A stretch of 63,976 bases of DNA, filler included, from Octopus bimaculoides (GCF_001194135.2; 4 parts of 3 records of this genome joined end to end with filler, not necessarily neighbours in it), one strand, 5' to 3'; numbered from the whole stretch's first letter, positions 37,351 to 51,824 are shown. The notes: a model not told the origin generated them from the sequence alone. Translations and numbers: made by a program.

Positions 37351-38433
37351 CTTATGAGAGAGTAAGTTTATGTTGATACCTCTGTCAACTCTTTGATCAT
37401 ACACACACACACACACGCCCGCACACATACACACACACATACACACACATACACACACACACACCTACTTGCATAATCACGAAAACTCAAACAAATAATA
37501 TGGCTGAAGTGAAAGGCATATCATAATACGTTTAGAATTTAAATATAACTGGGCAGAGTAATGGTTGGAGGATTCTGCTTCTTCTTCTAGAAAAAATGAC
37601 ACAAGCCTGTCAGATTATTTGTGCACTTCTTAGAATATTATCGCTAATTGGAAGAGTTAGGGGAAAAAACGATAGGGAATTGATAAATAGGATACAATGT
37701 TGCACGGATTAAAGGAGATGCGTACACACTCACACACATTCAGATATACTGTCATCCCAGATGCACATACGAAGGCGCACGCTAACACACACTCACACAC
37801 ACGCGCGCAGACACGCACATATACATGTTTGTATGTATATATACATGGTATTATTGGGAACGACTTCTTAAGGAGAGAGGGAGAGTGCTACTTAAGGGGA
37901 GAGAAACGCTTCTAAATTTACTTTTATTATGAGGAGGAATCATTATCAAAGAGTGAAGAGCATACATATATTTCCATATGGTTCTTTTAATTTATTTTCT
38001 CATTTCCACGAAATAAGGTCCTCAAAGTCATTCTAAACACACACACACACACACACACATATATGTGTGTGTGTCTGTGCGTGTGTGCATGTATGAATAT
38101 AATATACTATATGCATGTATACACGCAGAACACATAGATTGATATGGCTTAGCATATATGTATATATATATATATACAAATATATTGGGCGTCAGTCGTA
38201 TTCGAAGCTGATCGATCAAGTATTTCTCCATTGTAGGAGAGGCTAATTGGCTGAATATTCGCTAATACCTGCGTCATTGACATAATCTTCACTTTGAATC
38301 AACACGTCAAAATTTGTGAACAATTTCACTCTTTCAAATACAGGTACAATGTATGTATGTATGTATGTATGTATGTATGTATGTATGTATGTATGTATGT
38401 ATGTATGTATGTATACATGCATGTATATATGTA

Positions 38434-38470
<37 letters not shown>

Positions 38471-39323
38471 NNNNNNNNNNNNNNNNNNNNNNNNNNNNNN
38501 NNNNNNNNNNNNNNNNNNNNNNNNNNNNNNNNNNNNNNNNNNNNNNNNNNNNNNNNNNNNNNNNNNNNNNNNNNNNNNNNNNNNNNNNNNNNNNNNNNNN
38601 NNNNNNNNNNNNNNNNNNNNNNNNNNNNNNNNNNNNNNNNNNNNNNNNNNNNNNNNNNNNNNNNNNNNNNNNNNNNNNNNNNNNNNNNNNNNNNNNNNNN
38701 NNNNNNNNNNNNNNNNNNNNNNNNNNNNNNNNNNNNNNNNNNNNNNNNNNNNNNNNNNNNNNNNNNNNNNNNNNNNNNNNNNNNNNNNNNNNNNNNNNNN
38801 NNNNNNNNNNNNNNNNNNNNNNNNNNNNNNNNNNNNNNNNNNNNNNNNNNNNNNNNNNNNNNNNNNNNNNNNNNNNNNNNNNNNNNNNNNNNNNNNNNNN
38901 NNNNNNNNNNNNNNNNNNNNNNNNNNNNNNNNNNNNNNNNNNNNNNNNNNNNNNNNNNNNNNNNNNNNNNNNNNNNNNNNNNNNNNNNNNNNNNNNNNNN
39001 NNNNNNNNNNNNNNNNNNNNNNNNNNNNNNNNNNNNNNNNNNNNNNNNNNNNNNNNNNNNNNNNNNNNNNNNNNNNNNNNNNNNNNNNNNNNNNNNNNNN
39101 NNNNNNNNNNNNNNNNNNNNNNNNNNNNNNNNNNNNNNNNNNNNNNNNNNNNNNNNNNNNNNNNNNNNNNNNNNNNNNNNNNNNNNNNNNNNNNNNNNNN
39201 NNNNNNNNNNNNNNNNNNNNNNNNNNNNNNNNNNNNNNNNNNNNNNNNNNNNNNNNNNNNNNNNNNNNNNNNNNNNNNNNNNNNNNNNNNTATATATATA
39301 TATATATACATACATATACACAC

Positions 39324-39355
<32 letters not shown>

Positions 39356-39808
39356 GTGTGTGTATGTATATGTATGTGTGTGTGTATGTATGATCGTGTT
39401 TGTGTGTTCCCGTGCATTTGGAATTTCTCTGAGTGTGCATGTGTGTCTGCATATTCGTATACGTACGCGTGTGTCGTTTGCCCGTAAGTAGGTAACAATC
39501 AGCAGATGCCTGTTTAATGATGCAGGTGCTTATAGAATCCTCGCATCAATTTTACATAACATGATGTAGAAACGTTATGTATTGGCATTCTTACGTATAT
39601 CTGTATTCACTGTTAATACACGAACTGCTTTTTGGTGTTTGCTATTCTTATTTTATTTTTGTATCGTTCTGGTAATTATCTGCATCCATATATCTATCGA
39701 TGCATGATTCACAATTCGCCTTCGTTTCTAGGGTGATCTCTGCTAGTCTGGAAAATATCTAGATAAAAACTTCACATAATGTACTACGTTGGTTGCAAGC
39801 CTATCATT

Positions 39809-39847
<39 letters not shown>

Positions 39848-40015
39848 AGAATAAGGGCAGGGAATCGTCAATTAATAATAGAATTAATAATTAACAATTT
39901 TGCCAAGTAGTTCAGNNNNNNNNNNNNNNNNNNNNNNNNNNNNNNNNNNNNNNNNNNNNTTAATTAATTAANNNNNNNNNNNNNNNNNNNNNNNNNNNNN
40001 NNNNNNNNNNNNNNN

Positions 40016-40048
<33 letters not shown>

Positions 40049-40176
40049 AGATGATATGAATTCCTATATATAAATGAATATGTATTATATATAATTATGC
40101 ATGTATAATTATATATATTTAAATGAAACAAAATTATAAATCACGGATGTGTATAAATGTATGCATGCATGCATGT

Positions 40177-40228
<52 letters not shown>

Positions 40229-40446
40229 GATACATTTCTTTTATTAGCCACACAGGGCTCAACGAAGATGGGACAAATACAATGTAGAGCTTTTCTTTTG
40301 GGGAGGGGGAAGGAAGGAAAAAAAAAAAAAAAAAAAAAAAANNNNNNNNNNNNNNNNNNNNNNNNNNNNNNNNNNNNNNNNNNNNNNNNNNNNNNNNNNA
40401 AAAAAAAAAAAAAAAAAAAAAAAGATAAGATAGATATGATAGATAT

Positions 40447-40487
<41 letters not shown>

Positions 40488-40819
40488 GTATGAAAGCATC
40501 AATGGTTTTTTTCCGAGGCATAGGTATATAAGGCAGGCTTACCCGGATTTTGTAGCGTTCACAATCACAACCCAATGGACTGGACGCAGATCCGTCCCAA
40601 GCTTACAAAATTGCTCATTTCTGCACACTGAATGTTATTCGGCAACCCCCAGTTCAGGAATCAGAAGCACGATCTGGCGATGATGAGCTCCACGCACTCA
40701 TCTTCTAGAACACACTTTTCCACGAATTTGCGCGCGCGCGCACACACTCACACACACACACACACACACATTCATATATGTATATATATATATACTGATG
40801 TATATATAAATAAGTATGT

Positions 40820-40893
<74 letters not shown>

Positions 40894-41053
40894 TTATATA
40901 TATATATGTTTATATATATATATATACATATATAAACACATAGACATATACATATATGCATTATATATATATATACCTGTATATAGATATTTATGCACAT
41001 TATACATTTAATGCGCATGTATCTATGAGCTTTCTTCATGTGTGAGTATGTGT

Positions 41054-41169
<116 letters not shown>

Positions 41170-41872
41170 TGTACATATACTATACATTTCTTTTTCCTTC
41201 TGTTTAATTATTTTACACCTTTTATACTTCAAAGTTCAATCTTACACAGAGAACGTTCAGAAAGCATCAGCAACATACATATGCGCGCGCGCATTCATAC
41301 ACACACGTATGCGCGCGCGCACACATACACAGACAGACTAACTCAGACACACGCACACACATGCACACACACACACATATACAAATAAACACACGCAATC
41401 ACATACGCTGAAACACACTCGCCGAATCTTCTGTCGATTGTAAGATTATATAGCAGCAAGTATTTCATTATCAATGGCAAACCTCCGTCTGCTTAGTGAA
41501 CCGAATGTGGATGAAAAACCGAGATGATTAGGAAAGAGTGAAAACAAGGAGGAAAAAGAAAGCCTGGACGTAAGCATCCATCCATCAGTTTGTCATGAGC
41601 AAAAGTGGGCGTGTCTCCATCGAGTAAAAATAATAGCATTTTCTTTTCCCTCTTCTTTCACTTTCTCTAATAATCATTCATTCATTCGTTTATTTCTTAA
41701 ATACGATCATTTTATACATAGATTTGAAGCCTAGGGTTGACTGCGTGGTTATTCAGTGTTTCGAATTCATGTGTGTGTGCCGGATATATACATGCGTCTC
41801 TCCCACTCTCTCTCGCTCTCTCTCACTCTCTCTCTTTTTCTCTGTCTCTGTCTGTTTCTCTCTCTCTCTCTC

Positions 41873-41910
<38 letters not shown>

Positions 41911-42345
41911 NNNNNNNNNNNNNNNNNNNNNNNNNNNNNNNNNNNNNNNNNNNNNNNNNNNNNNNNNNNNNNNNNNNNNNNNNNNNNNNNNNNNNNNNNN
42001 NNNNNNNNNNNNNNNNNNNNNNNNNNNNNNNNNNNNNNNNNNNNNNNNNNNNNNNNNNNNNNNNNNNNNNNNNNNNNNNNNNNNNNNNNNNNNNNNNNNN
42101 NNNNNNNNNNNNNNNNNNNNNNNNNNNNNNNNNNNNNNNNNNNNNNNNNNNNNNNNNNNNNNNNNNNNNNNNNNNNNNNNNNNNNNNNNNNNNNNNNNNN
42201 NNNNNNNNNNNNNNNNNNNNNNNNNNNNNNNNNNNNNNNNNNNNNNNNNNNNNNNNNNNNNNNNNNNNNNNNNNNNNNNNNNNNNNNNNNNNNNNNNNNN
42301 NNNNNNNNNNNNNNNNNNNNNNNNNNNNNNNNNNNNNNNNNNNNN

Positions 42346-42395
<50 letters not shown>

Positions 42396-42400
42396 CACAC

Positions 42401-42431
<31 letters not shown>

Positions 42432-42796
42432 CATGTGTGTTTGTTCGTGTATGAGTGTGTGCGCGCACCTGTATGTATGCATATAGGTAGGTAGGTAAGT
42501 ATGTAGGTAGATAGGTAGTAGGTAGGTAGGTAGGTAGGTAGGTAGGTAGATAGGTAGGTAGGTAGGCAGGCATGTAGGTAGGTATACATATATTTGTAAT
42601 ATATTATGAATATATGACAGCTATGTATATATATATGTACGTATATATACATTTCTTTCTGCTTATGTATATTTGTAATATCTTATGTACATATTACAGA
42701 TTTATTAATATGTATAAATATACATATATGTACCTGTGTATGTGTGTGTATTAATGTATAAAACGTAAGAATAAGACAATAAAATATTTTTTATAT

Positions 42797-42856
<60 letters not shown>

Positions 42857-43429
42857 TAAATAAGCATGCGTGTATATGTGTGTGAGTGTGTGTATGAAGA
42901 GATTGCAAGAGTGCAATGAAACTATATACTGTTTATAAATTAATAAAGGACTGAACCAGTGCGTGTGTTTATTACCGGCATAATGCCTCTCCCAAGGTTT
43001 AATTGTAAAAATTAGATAATTATCTTGTATTTATGACATGAATGGAAAGCAGATAATTATCTTGTATTTAGGCATGATGGGAAAGCAGAAATTTAAAGAA
43101 ATTTAAAATATGTTATTATTATATATTATGAAGTATTCTGGGTAATAACGAATGATAAAGGAGAAATTAGAATGCAATAGTCGCTATTTATCATACCGTG
43201 CTTTATGGAGCTTTATAGAGCTTTGCATTCTAATTTTTTCTTTTATCATTCATTATTTCTCAGAATACTTCATAATATATAATAATAATAATAACATATT
43301 TATAATTTCTTTAAATTTCTGCTTTCTGATCATGCCTAACGAATTTTTTTTTACATATGTAAGCGTGAATCACAATAAAAATAGTCAATATCTAGCCACA
43401 TAAATGGTGACCGGCATAATGTAACCTTA

Positions 43430-43930
43430 AATGAAATTTCCTTACTCTATATCATCTTTTGAACCTTGCTCTCTATTTTCCTGATGAAGGGGACATTGTC
43501 TATACGTGAATTATAAAATTCATACCTTACCAGGACAAATGGACTCCTGAAACGGCCGTAGAAATATCTCTTACCTGCTATTACAACCCGTTATAAATTT
43601 CTTTAGAACTCTTAAAACAAATATATTTCTCTGGCTTTTAAATTCCTAATTAGGGTTTCTCACTGCCATCAATGTAATTTTTAATTATTAAGTTTTAATT
43701 CTAAATTTTTAATTTTTAATAAGGTTTTCTTATATTCGCTCTATCACTCCACATATCGAATTTAATTTGCTTATGTTTTCATGTATATTCTTATTTCATT
43801 TATCTCTTATTTCTATTTTATTCTTAAATAATACTTTTAATATGTTCTGAATGTTTTAATGTATTTGTTGTAGTAATGTATGTCATACAAAATATTTATC
43901 TAATTTTTGTTTTTCTTTACTATCTAGCGC
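43430..43930 (+). mobile_element. Penelope-like element pseudo-LTR remnant
   Basis: Hammerhead motif followed by the AT/T-rich tail expected of Penelope 3' ends; boundaries approximate. Confidence 0.45.
43474..43566 (+). ncRNA. Minimal type I hammerhead ribozyme, Penelope pseudo-LTR type
   Basis: CTGATGA core at 43481-43487; extended stem II (aggggac/gactcct, attgtc/gacaaat, inner gtgaatt/aattcat); GAAA at 43549-43552; palindromic stem III ACGGCCGT; GUA cleavage triplet ending 43560; stem I tttc/gaaa. Confidence 0.7.
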
Positions 43931-44487
43931 CTCGGGTTCAACCTAAGCTCTTCGAAGCAGTTCTATAATTTTCCGAAAGAAAAAGAAAAAGCAATATAAT
44001 TATTATATATATATATATATATATATNNNNNNNNNNNNNNNNNNNNNNNNNNNNNNNNNNNNNNNNNNNNNNNNNNNNNNNNNNNNNNNNNNNNNNNNNN
44101 NNNNNNNNNNNNNNNNNNNNNNNNNNNNNNNNNNNNNNNNNNNNNNNNNNNNNNNNNNNNNNNNNNNNNNNNNNNNNNNNNNNNNNNNNNNNNNNNNNNN
44201 NNNNNNNNNNNNNNNNNNNNNNNNNNNNNNNNNNNNNNNNNNNNNNNNNNNNNNNNNNNNNNNNNNNNNNNNNNNNNNNNNNNNNNNNNNNNNNNNNNNN
44301 NNNNNNNNNNNNNNNNNNNNNNNNNNNNNNNNNNNNNNNNNNNNNNNNNNNNNNNNNNNNNNNNNNNNNNNNNNNNNNNNNNNNNNNTATATATATACGT
44401 ATTAATAGAAAGGACAACAACAAAAAAGAAAGAGACCTCGATATTATGTAAATAGAGGAATTTATCTGTAAAAATATGCGACACTTA

Positions 44488-45350
44488 TCGATAAAATGTC
44501 CCCGTAACATAGCGTTTAGGCAATGGAGACGATAAAATGTCCCCGTAACTTAGCGATTCGGCAATAGACACCGATAAAATGTCCCCGTAACTTAGCGGTT
44601 CGGCAATGGGAACCGATAAAATGTCACCGTAACTTAGCGGTTCGGCCTTAGAGGCCGATAATATGATCTCGTAACTTAGCGGTTCGGCAAGAAGATCGAT
44701 AAAATTTCCCGTAACTTATCGGTTCGGCAATGGAAACAGATAAGATGTCCTTTAACTTAGAGGTTCGGCAATGGAGCCCGATAAAATGTCCCCGTAGCGT
44801 AGCGGTACGGCAATAGACACCGATAAAATGTTGCGTAACTTAGCGGTTCGTCAATAGAGACGATAAGATGTCCCCGTAAACTAGTTTCGGCAATGGAGAT
44901 CGATAAAATGTCCACGTAACTTAGCGGTTCGGCAATAAACACCGATAAAATGTCCCCGTAACTTAGCGGTTCGGCCTTAGAGGCCGACAGAATGATCTCG
45001 TAACTTAGCGGTTCGACAATGGAGATCGATAAAATATCCCCGTAACCTAGCGTTTCGGCAATGGACACCGATAAAATGTCCCCGTAACATAGCGGTTCGG
45101 CAATGGTGACCGATAAAATATCCCCGTAACTTAGCAATTCGGCAATAGAGATCGATAAAATGTCCCCGTAACCTAGCGGTTCCGCAATAAAGACGATAAA
45201 ATGTCCCTGCAACTTAGCGGTCTGGCAACGGGGATCGATAAAATGTCCCCGTAACTTAGTGGTTCGGCAAGGCGATCGATAAACTGTCCCGTACATTATC
45301 GGATCGGCAATGGAGATCGATAAAATGGAGATCGATTAAATATCCCCGTC
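44488..45350. repeat. 42-bp minisatellite, about 21 copies
   Basis: Consensus gataaaatgtccccgtaacttagcggttcggcaatggagacc repeated in tandem with scattered variants. Confidence 0.95.
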
Positions 45351-46169
45351 AATTTTTCGTCTCCAATCAGTTCAGTTCATAAGATTCAAGGCCACACATA
45401 TTCTAGTGACTCTCTAATTATACTACGTACAACATTAACAATCCCTGTGACACCGATAATGATAGAAATAAATACAAAATCAAATTTATTCGAGCTTTAA
45501 TGTTATATATTTCCCATATTAATCCTATACAGAAGCGGAGTTTTACATGTGTATCCAATCTTGGAAAATATCCAGCTGTAAAAAGGCATACGATAGCCAG
45601 TGACTCTATAGGAGTTTTCCTATGCATGTCATGAGGTTATTGCCCAAACTATATCATATTGTGTGTATGTATATATATATATTTATATATATATATATAT
45701 ATATATATANNNNNNNNNNNNNNNNNNNNNNNNNNNNNNNNNNNNNNNNNNNNNNNNNNNNNNNNNNNNNNNNNNNNNNNNNNNNNNNNNNNNNNNNNNN
45801 NNNNNNNNNNNNNNNNNNNNNNNNNNNNNNNNNNNNNNNNNNNNNNNNNNNNNNNNNNNNNNNNNNNNNNNNNNNNNNNNNNNNNNNNNNNNNNNNNNNN
45901 NNNNNNNNNNNNNNNNNNNNNNNNNNNNNNNNNNNNNNNNNNNNNNNNNNNNNNNNNNNNNNNNNNNNNNNNNNNNNNNNNNNNNNNNNNNNNNNNNNNN
46001 NNNNNNNNNNNNNNNNNNNNNNNNNNNNNNNNNNNNNNNNNNNNNNNNNNNNNNNNNNNNNNNNNNNNNNNNNNNNNNNNNNNNNNNNNNNNNNNNNNNN
46101 NNNNNNNNNNNNNNNNNNNNNNNNNNNNNNNNNNNNNNNNNNNNNNNNNNNNNNNNNNNNNNNNNNNNA

Positions 46170-46600
46170 ATATCATCAGGATTCTTTATTGCCTGAAATA
46201 GTTTTGTGTCATCAGCGTAGCTAGTGACAGTAGCTCTCCGAGTGACCGTGGGCATGTCCAGAAGGGCCACTATGAACAGTAGTGGCCCCAGGACAGTTCC
46301 TTGCGGAACACCGCTCAATATTTGCGTTTCCCTAGATAGTTCTCCATTGGCTGCAACTGTCTGACGTCTACCATTCAGGAAGTCATGCAGCCATTCTCTT
46401 AATTTACTAGCTATGCCAAGGTTTCGCAGCTTGTGACATATCAAGCCATGATCAACTTTGTCAAAGGCTTTTGCAAAGTCGAGATATATCACATCAACAT
46501 TTGAATGGTCAAGTAGCTGCTTCAGGACCCAGTCATAATGCTGGATTCAATATATGGATTCAAGTAATCCAGTAGTTCTCATGAAAAAAAGCACCTTAAT
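46170..46600 (-). mobile_element. CR1-clade LINE reverse transcriptase fragment
   Basis: IYLDFAKAFDKVDHGLICHKL...WLHDFLNGRRQTV...SGVPQGTVLGPLLF...YADDTKL; truncated by an N gap. Confidence 0.92.
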
Positions 46601-47355
46601 GTATCTTTGTACAAACCATTTAATGATGGTGTTTTATTTTAAACGAGATCATATGTATAAATTGAGATTCCGGGTGAATTATGAGATGTGCAGAATAAGT
46701 ATGTATTAAAACAAAGACTGGAATATGAGATAGCATTTGAATTCTGTGATATACGTGTCTCCTGACAAGATTGGAAATGCATTTTGTGAGTATTAATTTT
46801 AATATTAATAACAATATAAATATATTAAAGCTCATAATAGAAACATACTTGCATGGACAAAATATGCAGGACACCTGCAAAAATTATTTTGAGTTTTTGT
46901 CAGAAAATTTAGCATTGGCGATAACCTATATGATTATATATGTTCGGATATATATCTATTATGAATTTATTATATCTATATTGTTAATAATATCAATATT
47001 TATATTCATAAAATGTATTTTCCATCTCGTAAGGAAACACCTATAACACGAAATGAAAATGGTACCGTATATTCCTATCTTTGTTTTTATACGTACACAC
47101 ACAGAAACACACAAACACAAGCACATACTCGCAAACACAGATACACACACATACATGTGTGTGTGTGTGCATATATATATGTACGTATATGCGTGTGTGT
47201 ATACATATATATATGCACGTATACATGTATATGTTTGCATGTATTCTATTTGTATGTATGTATGTATGTACGCATGTATGAATGTGTGTATGCATGTAGA
47301 CGAAAAAACTGAAGTAGCAATAATACATAGGTATATCAATATTTTTAGCCACTAA

Positions 47356-47556
47356 GGTGGCGAGCTAGCAGAAACGTTAGTATGCTTAGCGAAATGCTAA
47401 GCGGTACTTCGTCTGTCTTTACGATCTGAGTTCAAATTCCGCCGAGATTGATTTTACCTATCATTCTTTCGGGGTCGATAAATTAAGTACCATTTGTGTA
47501 CTGGGGTCAATCGGATCAACTGCCCCTCCCCAAAAATTTCGAATCTTGTGCCTATT
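47356..47556 (+). mobile_element. tRNA-derived SINE, family A
   Basis: ggtggcgagctagcagaaacgttag...gagttcaaattccgccgag...ggggtcgataaattaagtacc; homologous to other family A copies in the window. Confidence 0.8.
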
Positions 47557-48974
47557 CATTCAGGTGGTGGTGAGACGCGCTAAATATAACAGCTAAATAG
47601 GTCTTAAATCACGCATCCTCAAATTTTTTGTTTTCGTATAATCGTATGAATTCCCGTATGTAGAATACAAATTCGTAAAATCCTTCTGAAAATTTCAGTA
47701 AAAATAAAATATATGAGAAGTTATATGGCGTGCATAAAACAGAAATCCGCCAATATTTCATTTATTTACAGTTGACATCACGTGCTTTTTTTCTGACTGG
47801 GTAAAAATGATCAAGCTTTAAAACTCTATAACTATTTTTTTTTAAAAATTTTTTTCTGGAAAAAGTGAAATCTCTCCCGAGATTCAGCTTGGAAAATTCC
47901 ATGAATACATCAAATTTTAAAATTTTCAATAAACTTTGAAATTTCCACAGCTGCAGTCAAACAGAACAGATACTTGCTGAGTCATGTGCCCCTAAAGTTT
48001 CTTGTGCAATTTCAGTTTGTTCTTGGATTTGAGATGCGCCCTCGCTCTTAGTGAAGATCATTGTAGTAATAATCACACGTCTTAAATATTCTCAAACCAA
48101 TAACACTAAGTCAAACAATAGCAATAGTAACAGTAATCACAACAATAGCAGCAACAACAAATAATAACAACCCAACGAGGTACCTTACAACAAATACCTC
48201 GACCTGCAAAGAATAGCAGCCGAAATGTGTCTCAAATTACACCATACCATTGTATATATGTCTCACAGGACAATTGAATCTTAACTTGTTTCTCAGAAAT
48301 TGGAATGGGTATAAAAAGAATGGCTTTATAAATGGATCTATTCAAGGAAGACTAATCAAGGGCAAATAACAATACCACTTCCGAAGGATAGTTCCAAAGA
48401 GTCTAAAGTAAACGGCTTGGCTACTTTCTTCTACCCACGTATTAAACACTTTGCTGTCTCAACTCTCGGAACCTCAAAAACTTCATCATCGCCACGACAA
48501 AAACTAAATTTACAATTTAATGCAGATGTTCAGTGAGCTGTCATCTTTGTTTTCTTTAGAAAACGGTGGCTGTCGGAGTTGAGAGTTGGGGAACGGAATA
48601 GGAAGGAAGTGGGTTCATAATTGCCCTTGGTTTAATAGGGGTGGGAGTTGAGGTCATTCTCATGATTACTGTTCACCCCACCCAACAGCACTAAGGATTG
48701 TTTGATATTTTATTAATGATACATTGTTTTCATAATTGTCACATATACTGTAAGCTTTCCACCACCACCACCACCACCACCACCGTACACAAAGAACTCA
48801 TTTTTTCCCTTCCCTTCTCTTCCCTTCACTCCTTACTTTCCTTCATCTTTGTGTATTTGTGCGTGTTTGTGCATGTGTGTGTATGTGCGTGCTTGTGTGT
48901 GTCTGTGCGTGTGTGTACACACGCACATACGTGTATATATTAATATACATTTATGTAGGTAACTATGTATATAG

Positions 48975-49019
<45 letters not shown>

Positions 49020-49029
49020 ATAATATTCT

Positions 49030-49075
<46 letters not shown>

Positions 49076-49498
49076 NNNNNNNNNNNNNNNNNNNNNNNNN
49101 NNNNNNNNNNNNNNNNNNNNNNNNNNNNNNNNNNNNNNNNNNNNNNNNNNNNNNNNNNNNNNNNNNNNNNNNNNNNNNNNNNNNNNNNNNNNNNNNNNNN
49201 NNNNNNNNNNNNNNNNNNNNNNNNNNNNNNNNNNNNNNNNNNNNNNNNNNNNNNNNNNNNNNNNNNNNNNNNNNNNNNNNNNNNNNNNNNNNNNNNNNNN
49301 NNNNNNNNNNNNNNNNNNNNNNNNNNNNNNNNNNNNNNNNNNNNNNNNNNNNNNNNNNNNNNNNNNNNNNNNNNNNNNNNNNNNNNNNNNNNNNNNNNNN
49401 NNNNNNNNNNNNNNNNNNNNNNNNNNNNNNNNNNNNNNNNNNNNNNNNNNNNNNNNNNNNNNNNNNNNNNNNNNNNNNNNNNNNNNNNNNNNNNNNNN

Positions 49499-49542
<44 letters not shown>

Positions 49543-49544
49543 TG

Positions 49545-49588
<44 letters not shown>

Positions 49589-50039
49589 TGAAAATCTATA
49601 TAAGCATGTATCTCTGTATGTGGGAATACATTTAGAATAGATTTATATCAATGTATTTGCACAGAGAGATACACGCACGCGCGTACACAAACGCATACAC
49701 ACACGTACACACACACACTCACACAAAGACAGCCCCCTCCTCACACACACACAGAAACACATACAAATACACACGCATGCACGCACACATACACACATAC
49801 ATATAAAACCATGTACGTCTTCTTTCTTCCGGTATACCCGTCTTATTTTACTTATACAGACTTTTGTCACAGCTTTAATTAATTCTTAATTAGTTATTTC
49901 CCAATCAAATATACTCAGGGAAAGTATTTCATGGTATTCAACTGAAAAATATTTTGTTTACCCGAATAAAAATATCCCCTCCGAAATACATCGGCACGTA
50001 ATTTTCTAAATTAATAGCCCCTGAATTTTTATATACACA

Positions 50040-50335
50040 CCACGTGACAATGTAGTAAGAAGCTTGTTTCACAACTACATGGTTTCATGCTCAGTCTCAC
50101 GGCGTGACACCTTTAGCAAGTGTCTTCTACTGTAGCCTCGGGGCCGACCAAAGGTTTGTGAATAGATTTGGTAGACGGAAACTGAAAGAAGCTCGTCGTG
50201 TATATTTATGTGTGTGTGTGTGTGACCGTCGCTTGACAACCGACTCTGGTGTGTTTACATCCCCGTAACTCAGCGATTCGGCAAAAGAGGCGGATAGAAT
50301 AAGTACTAAGCTTCCAAAGAATAAGTCCTTTGTCT
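50040..50335 (+). mobile_element. SINE family B copy
   Basis: Homologous body including ccccgtaactcagcgattcggcaaaagag. Confidence 0.75.
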
Positions 50336-51165
50336 CTAAGTTAATAAAGTTCATAAGATAACTATTTATTCTTTCACCATCTCATTTCCTATACTCGACC
50401 AACGCTTCGTTCTGAAGCATTGTATATTGAGTTCTACACCAGGTTATTAGTATCGCAATGCCTAAGTGAAATATTAAGCGTATATATATGTGTGTGTGTG
50501 TTTGTGTGAAGAATTCTAATTGGATTTAAAATTTTAAACCCAATTTGTGTTCTTTTTATACTTACGCTACACCTAGAACCAACCTCGAGAATGATTTTTG
50601 GATTAAATTGAATTTGATACTTAAATATCTATATTACACTACCAACACTTTATACCTCCACTGTTGTTTGATCTCACTGTGAACCCTATCTTACTGTTAG
50701 CTATTATTAGCGTCCTACATGTCGTTGTGCCTAGATTCTACTGAATCCTATAACCAATCTATATTTATCTATCGTTCATATTTTATTTTTCACTTGTTTC
50801 AGGCATTTGACTGCAGCCTATCCAGACGTATTGGAGATATTATCTTTTGTATAGAGGTTTTTGAAAATTCCAACAGAAATTATATTAAATACTGTTTAAC
50901 TCTTTACGTTTTTATATCTGTATGCCCAGCGTTTGAGTATATTGCATGTATCTTCTCTATGTAATGTGATGAGCTAGTCAACTTAAATTTTCTGTCTCAC
51001 TACTCTGTTTAAAATCACCTGAAGATGATAGATTTTTGTCATAATGTAATCTGAAAATCCATCAATAAAATGCTGCTGGAACAGCTGTTGTGAATTTTAA
51101 ACCCCCATTTGTCTTTTTCTAATGCACATACATATATACTTAATAAATATGTGTATATATGTGTA

Positions 51166-51202
<37 letters not shown>

Positions 51203-51824
51203 NNNNNNNNNNNNNNNNNNNNNNNNNNNNNNNNNNNNNNNNNNNNNNNNNNNNNNNNNNNNNNNNNNNNNNNNNNNNNNNNNNNNNNNNNNNNNNNNNN
51301 NNNNNNNNNNNNNNNNNNNNNNNNNNNNNNNNNNNNNNNNNNNNNNNNNNNNNNNNNNNNNNNNNNNNNNNNNNNNNNNNNNNNNNNNNNNNNNNNNNNN
51401 NNNNNNNNNNNNNNNNNNNNNNNNNNNNNNNNNNNNNNNNNNNNNNNNNNNNNNNNNNNNNNNNNNNNNNNNNNNNNNNNNNNNNNNNNNNNNNNNNNNN
51501 NNNNNNNNNNNNNNNNNNNNNNNNNNNNNNNNNNNNNNNNNNNNNNNNNNNNNNNNNNNNNNNNNNNNNNNNNNNNNNNNNNNNNNNNNNNNNNNNNNNN
51601 NNNNNNNNNNNNNNNNNNNNNNNNNNNNNNNNNNNNNNNNNNNNNNNNNNNNNNNNNNNNNNNNNNNNNNNNNNNNNNNNNNNNNNNNNNNNNNNNNNNN
51701 NNNNNNNNNNNNNNNNNNNNNNNNNNNNNNNNNNNNNNNNNNNNNNNNNNNNNNNNNNNNNNNNNNNNNNNNNNNNNNNNNNNNNNNNNNNNNNNNNNNN
51801 NNNNATATATGCCATGATAGATCG

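Noticed and set aside
38294-39498. Long ORFs in the track (also 30109-31758, 41724-42652, 48965-49557, 51039-51947)
   Set aside because: They are read-throughs of N gaps and di/tetranucleotide repeats (YI, HT, VC, MYVC runs).
44488-45350. CRISPR-like repeat-spacer appearance of the 42-bp array
   Set aside because: The variable part is only about 10 nt and self-similar, there are no cas genes, the context is eukaryotic, and the unit derives from a SINE.
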